This document shows positions 59,170 to 64,000 of a stretch of 64,000 nt of DNA, piece by piece. How positions within the stretch are numbered: position 1 is the first letter of the stretch; every line of letters begins with the position of its first letter. The translations under genes were made by a program, and so were the position numbers. The stretch spans positions 3,648,001 to 3,712,000 of the forward strand of contig CBDFLE010000006.1 in assembly GCA_965248925.1 (NCBI GenBank), read 5' to 3'. The DNA comes from Candidatus Multivoradales bacterium (lineage in GTDB: Bacteria; Acidobacteriota; Thermoanaerobaculia; Multivoradales; J023). The notes below the pieces were generated by a model. The model was given only the letters and a program-made list of their open reading frames with translations. It was not told the DNA's origin and did no database searches.

Positions 59170-61649
59170 GAGAGCTTTTCACCGCCACCACCCCAGCCGG
59201 AGATCGTGGCTAGGGCGGGCAACACCAAGAGGGTAGCGACCAAGCAGGCGATGACCCCCAGCGATACCAGCAGGCCGCCACTGCGCAAGCCGGGTACGCT
59301 CGACAGCAGCAGGCTGCCGAAACCAACAGTCGTTGTCAGGGTGGTCAGCACCATCGCTCGGCCGGCATCTCGCACCGCGGCCGGCAACCCGCGAGCCGCC
59401 GAGCCGTGGACGGCGTGCAGGCCGTCATCGATGCCGATTCCCAGCAAGATCGGGATCACCGCTAGGCCGACCAGGTCGATGCCGAGACCCAGGCCGCTCC
59501 ACAGGCCGAGGGTCCACAGGGCTCCCAGAGTCACGGGTAGCAAGGCCAGCAGGGCCTGACGCCAGCGTCCCTTGAGCGAAATCGCCACCGTCACGGTGAC
59601 CAGCAGCAGGGCGAGCAGGCTGAGTCGGCGCAGATCGCCGGTCGCCAGTTGGCGGATCTCGCTGCCTAGAGCCGGCACCGAGGCCACCGTACTTTCGGGA
59701 GCAATGGACGCAAGTTCGGTGAGCCAACTAGGGGGAGGGCCGGTGGGCCACCGGCCGGAGGGCAAGCGGACCCGCAGCGCTGCCCAGCTGCCCTCTTCAG
59801 TCTGTCGCAGCAACTCGGCCAGCCATGGTGGATAGCCAGCTGAGAGCTGGACCGGGTCCTGGCCTCGGGCCAGAGCGCGGAGGGCGTTGAGGCCATCGGC
59901 GAAGGCTGCTGGCGCCAGGCCGTTGGCGGCCAGATCTCGTTGCAGGCTGTCGGCGGCGTTCTCCAGCTCAAGAGAGGTGAAGGCGGTCAGCCGTTCCGCG
60001 GAGCGACCGTCACCCAACCAACGCACCGGTGAGTTCAGTTCGATTTGCTGGCCTAGTTCGCGGCGCAGACTGGCGCCCACCGCTGCCGCTCGCCTGAGTA
60101 CCGTATCGAGATCCTCGCCAGGCACTACCACCGTCAGAGTGTCGGCACCCAGTCCAAAGTGGTGTGCCAGCAGCCGCTCGGCCTGATGCAGAGGGTGATT
60201 GGCCGGACGCAGGGCGCTCAACCCGGCGTCGAGGTGCAGCCGGCTCAGCCCCCCAAGCGCCAGTAGCGAGACCAGCGCGGTCAAGGCGAGCACCATCTTG
60301 GAGCGGCCGATAGCCAGCTTTACGCTCTGATCCACCAACCTACCGAGGCCCCGCCAGAGCATTCCCCGAGGGCGGCTGCGGCGCTTGGCTCCCCTGACCA
60401 GCAGCGCAGCTCCCAGAGTGGCGGTGGCGATCAGCACCCAAACAATACCCGGAGCCACCAAAAGGCCGAGTTCTCGCAGTGGTCGGAAATGTCCCAGACC
60501 GAGCACTGCGAAAGCCGCCGCGGTGGTCAACGCCGAGGTCAGAATAGGCGGGCCACAGTGGCGGAATACTGCGATCAAAGCGCTGCGGGCGGAAGCTCCC
60601 GCCAAGCACTCCTGGCGATATCGGGTGGCTCCGTGGATGGCGTAGTCGATCCCCAGGCCCACCAGGACGGCAGCGAAGCCCAGGCTGATGGCGGTCAGTC
60701 GGCCATCGGCGAGGCCCAAAGTGCCGGCGGTCCAGAGTAGGCCAACGAGCAAGGCCGCAGTCGCTGCCAGGGCGACGGCCAGGCCCTCGAAAGCGACCAC
60801 TAGCAGCAAGCCACAGCCGATCAGGGAGCCGCTGATAGTGCGTTCAAGATCGCCGCGCAGCAGCTTTTCGTCCCAGGCGGCGTAGAGCGGCCCGCCAACC
60901 GCTGCGAACTGCAGTTCAATGTCGGCCGCGCTGCGAACCACGGCGTAGGCCGCTTCGAGAGCGGCGATCAGCGCCCGGCCGCCGGCTGGGTCGATCTCGG
61001 CCTGCGCCGGGGTCAAGCTGACCAAGCTGGCGGAGCCGTCGGCGGAGAGGAACGCGCCGCTCAGAGGATCGATTGGCAGGCCGTCGAGATCGAGGCCGCC
61101 GAGCTGGTCGATCAATCCCAGTGGATCGCGTCGCAGCAGTGGCGCGCGGGCTGCGCCGGCTGGGGTGCGCAACAATGCTCGCAGCTGCGCCGCGCGTTGG
61201 GCGAGGGCCGCCGGTCGGGTGCGGGTAGCCATCTCGTTCGGGCCCTGGTCTCCCAATAGCAAGGCTGCTCGGGGTACCACTTGATCGAGGAAGAAGCGCT
61301 CGTCTTCGGGCTCTAGACCACTGCGCACCAGCCCCACCTCGGAGCTATTGGCGAGCTGCTCGGCGAGTCGGTCGGCGGCGTCGATCAAGGCGCCGGCGCG
61401 CTGCTCTGGATCGAGGGTCGAGGGGCTGGTGACGACGATGAAGACCTTTTCCAAACCACCGAAGCGTCGCTGAAATTCGGCATAGCCGCGAGCTGACGGA
61501 GATCCTTCGGGCAGCATCGCCAAAAGGTCGGTGTCGATGCGCAAGCGACTGGCCTGTGGTAATGCTAGCAAGGTGAAGAACAGGGCCAGGGCGAGGGTCC
61601 TACCGGGTCGGTTGGCGATGCTGCCGGCGAGCTTTTCAGCGAGGCTCAT
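59166..61649 (-). CDS. MMPL/RND-family lipid exporter (ApeO/XanE-like)
   Basis: DTDLLAMLP, GLGIDYAIH, SALTTAAAF, LGIGIDDGLH, LTTLTTTVGFGSL; two TM repeats. Confidence 0.9.
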   Translation of the reverse strand: MSLAEKLAGSIANRPGRTLALALFFTLLALPQASRLRIDTDLLAMLPEGSPSARGYAEFQRRFGGLEKVFIVVTSPSTLDPEQRAGALIDAADRLAEQLANSSEVGLVRSGLEPEDERFFLDQVVPRAALLLGDQGPNEMATRTRPAALAQRAAQLRALLRTPAGAARAPLLRRDPLGLIDQLGGLDLDGLPIDPLSGAFLSADGSASLVSLTPAQAEIDPAGGRALIAALEAAYAVVRSAADIELQFAAVGGPLYAAWDEKLLRGDLERTISGSLIGCGLLLVVAFEGLAVALAATAALLVGLLWTAGTLGLADGRLTAISLGFAAVLVGLGIDYAIHGATRYRQECLAGASARSALIAVFRHCGPPILTSALTTAAAFAVLGLGHFRPLRELGLLVAPGIVWVLIATATLGAALLVRGAKRRSRPRGMLWRGLGRLVDQSVKLAIGRSKMVLALTALVSLLALGGLSRLHLDAGLSALRPANHPLHQAERLLAHHFGLGADTLTVVVPGEDLDTVLRRAAAVGASLRRELGQQIELNSPVRWLGDGRSAERLTAFTSLELENAADSLQRDLAANGLAPAAFADGLNALRALARGQDPVQLSAGYPPWLAELLRQTEEGSWAALRVRLPSGRWPTGPPPSWLTELASIAPESTVASVPALGSEIRQLATGDLRRLSLLALLLVTVTVAISLKGRWRQALLALLPVTLGALWTLGLWSGLGLGIDLVGLAVIPILLGIGIDDGLHAVHGSAARGLPAAVRDAGRAMVLTTLTTTVGFGSLLLSSVPGLRSGGLLVSLGVIACLVATLLVLPALATISGWGGGGEKLS

Positions 61650-62374
61650 CGTCGCGGGCTGCTCAGGGCGCTTGCCGGCGGGCTGTGGGGTAGGGGTTCG
61701 AGGCGGGCTCGGGCTACCGCCAGGCCGATCCGCAGCCCGTCCACCAGCGGCCGGTAGTGGCTGGTGAGGCGGCCATCGGCGGCGCCCAACCGGACCGCCA
61801 CGCTGCGCACTCGCATGCCCAGGCGACCGGCCCGGATCACCACCGCACTTTCGGCTTGGAAACGGGGTTCAGGGAAGCCGGTGGCATAGAGAAGTCGTCG
61901 CGTGTAGAGGCGAAAGCCGGTCTGGATATCACTCAGCTGCAAACCGGCGAGGCGCGAGATCAACTTCGAGGAGAGCCGGTTGCTGACCCTGCGCAGGCCA
62001 CCCATCTCGGCAAAAACATGGTCGCGGGTGCCGAGCACTAAGTCGGCCCCTGTGGCGGCTTCGAGCAGCACCGGAATCTCTTCCGGCAGGTGTTGACCAT
62101 CGGCATCGAGGGTCACGATGCGATCGTAGCCGGCGGCGAAGAGGTGGGTGAAGCCGGTGCGTAACGCATTGCCCTTGCCGAGATTGTGCGGCGATCGCAA
62201 CACCTCGGCGCCGGCCTGGCGGGCAAGCTCGCCGGTCGCATCCGCCGAGCCGTCGTCGATCACTAGCACCGTCGGCGAGATGGCGAGCGAGCGTTCGACC
62301 ACGTCGGCAACTGTGGCGGCGGCTTGAAAAGCCGGTATGGCGATGGCTAGCTTCCCGTTAGAGGGTTCTTGCAT
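61646..62374 (-). CDS. GT2 glycosyltransferase
   Basis: IPAFQ, IDDGSAD, NLGKGNAL, TLDADGQH, DIQTGFRLY, SHYRPLVD; ATG at 62374. Confidence 0.9.
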   Translation of the reverse strand: MQEPSNGKLAIAIPAFQAAATVADVVERSLAISPTVLVIDDGSADATGELARQAGAEVLRSPHNLGKGNALRTGFTHLFAAGYDRIVTLDADGQHLPEEIPVLLEAATGADLVLGTRDHVFAEMGGLRRVSNRLSSKLISRLAGLQLSDIQTGFRLYTRRLLYATGFPEPRFQAESAVVIRAGRLGMRVRSVAVRLGAADGRLTSHYRPLVDGLRIGLAVARARLEPLPHSPPASALSSPRR

Positions 62375-62583
62375 GAAAACTTCGGGGTGGTCGCCTGGGC
62401 GAATTCTGGTTGCCGGATACAGCTGCTGGCAGCGATGAGCTGCTAGAGTCAGCGGCGAGCGGAAGAGCCGATTATAGACGATCCGGCGGCACAGACGAGT
62501 CGCTGGCGATGGCGGTCCAGTGTTACCTAGAGATTCGTTGACTTGATGACGATTTCTGACCAGAATTTTTATTGCCCAGAGCC

Positions 62584-63381
62584 ATGCCACTGACCCCTTC
62601 CTGGCACCTCACCCCTTTTCTTTGGCTGAATCTTGGCCTGCATCTGGCGGCCGCTGTCGCGGCTGTGGTCAAGCCGTCTCTTTGGCCCTGGCTGCTGCCC
62701 GGAGTGGTGCTTGCTCATGGAACGATCTTGCTGGCCGCGGTAAGTCCGCGTTGTAGTCTTCTCGGCCCCAATTTGATGCGTTTGCCGGCAGACCAGGCAG
62801 CGGGTGTGGTGGCCTTGACCTTCGACGACGGGCCGGATCCGGAAGTCACCCTGGAGGTGCTTGAGATGCTCGATCGGCATGGCGCGCGGGCCAGCTTCTT
62901 CCTCATTGGCGAGCGCGCTGAGCGCTATCCCCAGGTGGCTGCCGAAATCGTCCGCCGCGGCCATCGGGTAGAGAATCACACCCAACACCACTCCTATGCC
63001 TTTGCTTTTCTCGGCCGCCGACGGTTGGGAGCTGAGATCGATGACGCGCAGCACTCCTTGCGCCGTCTTTGTGGCCGCGCTCCCGAGTATCTGCGCGCCC
63101 CAGCCGGCGTCCGTAGTCCGTTGCTGGAGTCTGTGCTCGCGCGCCGCGGCTTGCGGTTGGCGAGCTGGACCCGGCGCGCTTTCGATACGGTTGAGAAGGA
63201 CCCGCGAAGGGTGGTTCGACGCCTGCTAAGAGGCCTGCGAGAAGGTGATGTGCTGTTGTTGCACGACGGCTCCGCAGCGCGCGATGCGACCGGTCGCGCG
63301 GTGGTTCTCAGCGCCTTGCCAAAAATCCTCGACGAGCTGGCCCGGCGCGGCTGGCAAGCGGTTGCGTTACCGAGTCGCTAG
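62584..63381 (+). CDS. Polysaccharide deacetylase (NodB/CE4) family protein
   Basis: LTFDDGP, ENHTQHH, RAPAG, DVLLLHD. Confidence 0.92.
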   Translation: MPLTPSWHLTPFLWLNLGLHLAAAVAAVVKPSLWPWLLPGVVLAHGTILLAAVSPRCSLLGPNLMRLPADQAAGVVALTFDDGPDPEVTLEVLEMLDRHGARASFFLIGERAERYPQVAAEIVRRGHRVENHTQHHSYAFAFLGRRRLGAEIDDAQHSLRRLCGRAPEYLRAPAGVRSPLLESVLARRGLRLASWTRRAFDTVEKDPRRVVRRLLRGLREGDVLLLHDGSAARDATGRAVVLSALPKILDELARRGWQAVALPSR

Positions 63382-63405
63382 CACTGCTACGATCCCCCCC
63401 CTCTT

Positions 63406-64000
63406 ATGCCGACCATGCCGAGTCTCAAGACCAATCCGCGGCTCGCGGATGCCAGCATTCTGCGCGCGCAGAGGTGGCTCGGGGTACTTTGCCATCTGAC
63501 CCTGTTCCTGCCCTATGTGCGGCGAGTCGAAGGTGCCGAAGCCCTGCGTGCCCCAGGCCGGCGATTGTTCGCGGCCAATCACGTCAGCTTGCTCGACACT
63601 CCGCTACTGGGAGCGGTGCTGCGTCAGGTGGGTCGATCGCCGATTCTGGTTCTCGGTGACCGCGGTGTTTGGCGGCGCAGCTGGCTGCGCCGCTTGTTGA
63701 GCGCCAAGGTGGGTTTTCTGATCGACCGAGAAGGGTCGGCTAGAGTGCGGCTGCGCGAAATGAGCGCTTACGGTCGCTCAGTCGGCGACTTCGATTTGAT
63801 TATTTTCCCCGAAGGGACCCGCGGCGACGGTCGCAGTGTGCAGCCCTGCCAACCGGGCATCTACTATGCCGCCAAAGCTGCCCAGGTACCGATTGTGCCG
63901 GTCTTCATTGACGGTATGGCTAAGTTATCGAGCAAGCAAGGCGGCCTACACCCGTGGCGAGCCTGGCGCAGTATCGACGTTTACTTCGGTCGCGGGATCA
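63406..64000 (+). CDS. PlsC-type acyltransferase (runs off the window end)
   Basis: Manual translation MPTMPSLKTNPR..FAANHVSLLDTP..IFPEGTRG..VPIVPV; no stop seen before 64000. Confidence 0.85.
   Translation, partial: MPTMPSLKTNPRLADASILRAQRWLGVLCHLTLFLPYVRRVEGAEALRAPGRRLFAANHVSLLDTPLLGAVLRQVGRSPILVLGDRGVWRRSWLRRLLSAKVGFLIDREGSARVRLREMSAYGRSVGDFDLIIFPEGTRGDGRSVQPCQPGIYYAAKAAQVPIVPVFIDGMAKLSSKQGGLHPWRAWRSIDVYFGRGI

Overview
GC-rich bacterial chromosomal segment. The gene content (ECF43/Ser-Thr kinase pair, CHAT protease, Gld-like ABC system, RHS-type N-terminus) suggests Acidobacteriota, probably Thermoanaerobaculia; this is inference. The backbone is housekeeping and envelope genes: S1-domain protein, two 3-hydroxyacyl-CoA dehydrogenases, proS, TamA/BamA-TamB, nadK, tlyA, ispA, moaA, GldAFG-like ABC + DUF4340, GlnRS-YqeY. 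Accessory patches: (i) a CHAT protease pair, a decayed vapBC module and an AT-richer metallophosphoesterase islet (11-18 kb); (ii) a Dnmt2-like C5-methyltransferase followed by an AT-richer orphan + nitrilase-fold islet (30.7-34.1 kb); (iii) a scarred island (RHS remnant, intact IS21, ISL3 remnant) bounded by a decayed copy of the DUF4340 3' end (36.6-41.1 kb); (iv) part of a xanthomonadin/aryl-polyene-like cluster with chorismatase and halogenase (55-64 kb). The most striking unexplained signal is a ~370-nt, apparently non-coding minus-strand unit (about 36570->36198). It has its own sigma70-like promoter and intrinsic terminator, and folds by eye into many helices with UUCG tetraloops, strand-specific G-U pairs and C-rich loops. 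It matches none of the housekeeping RNAs I can recognise and is a candidate novel large ncRNA.
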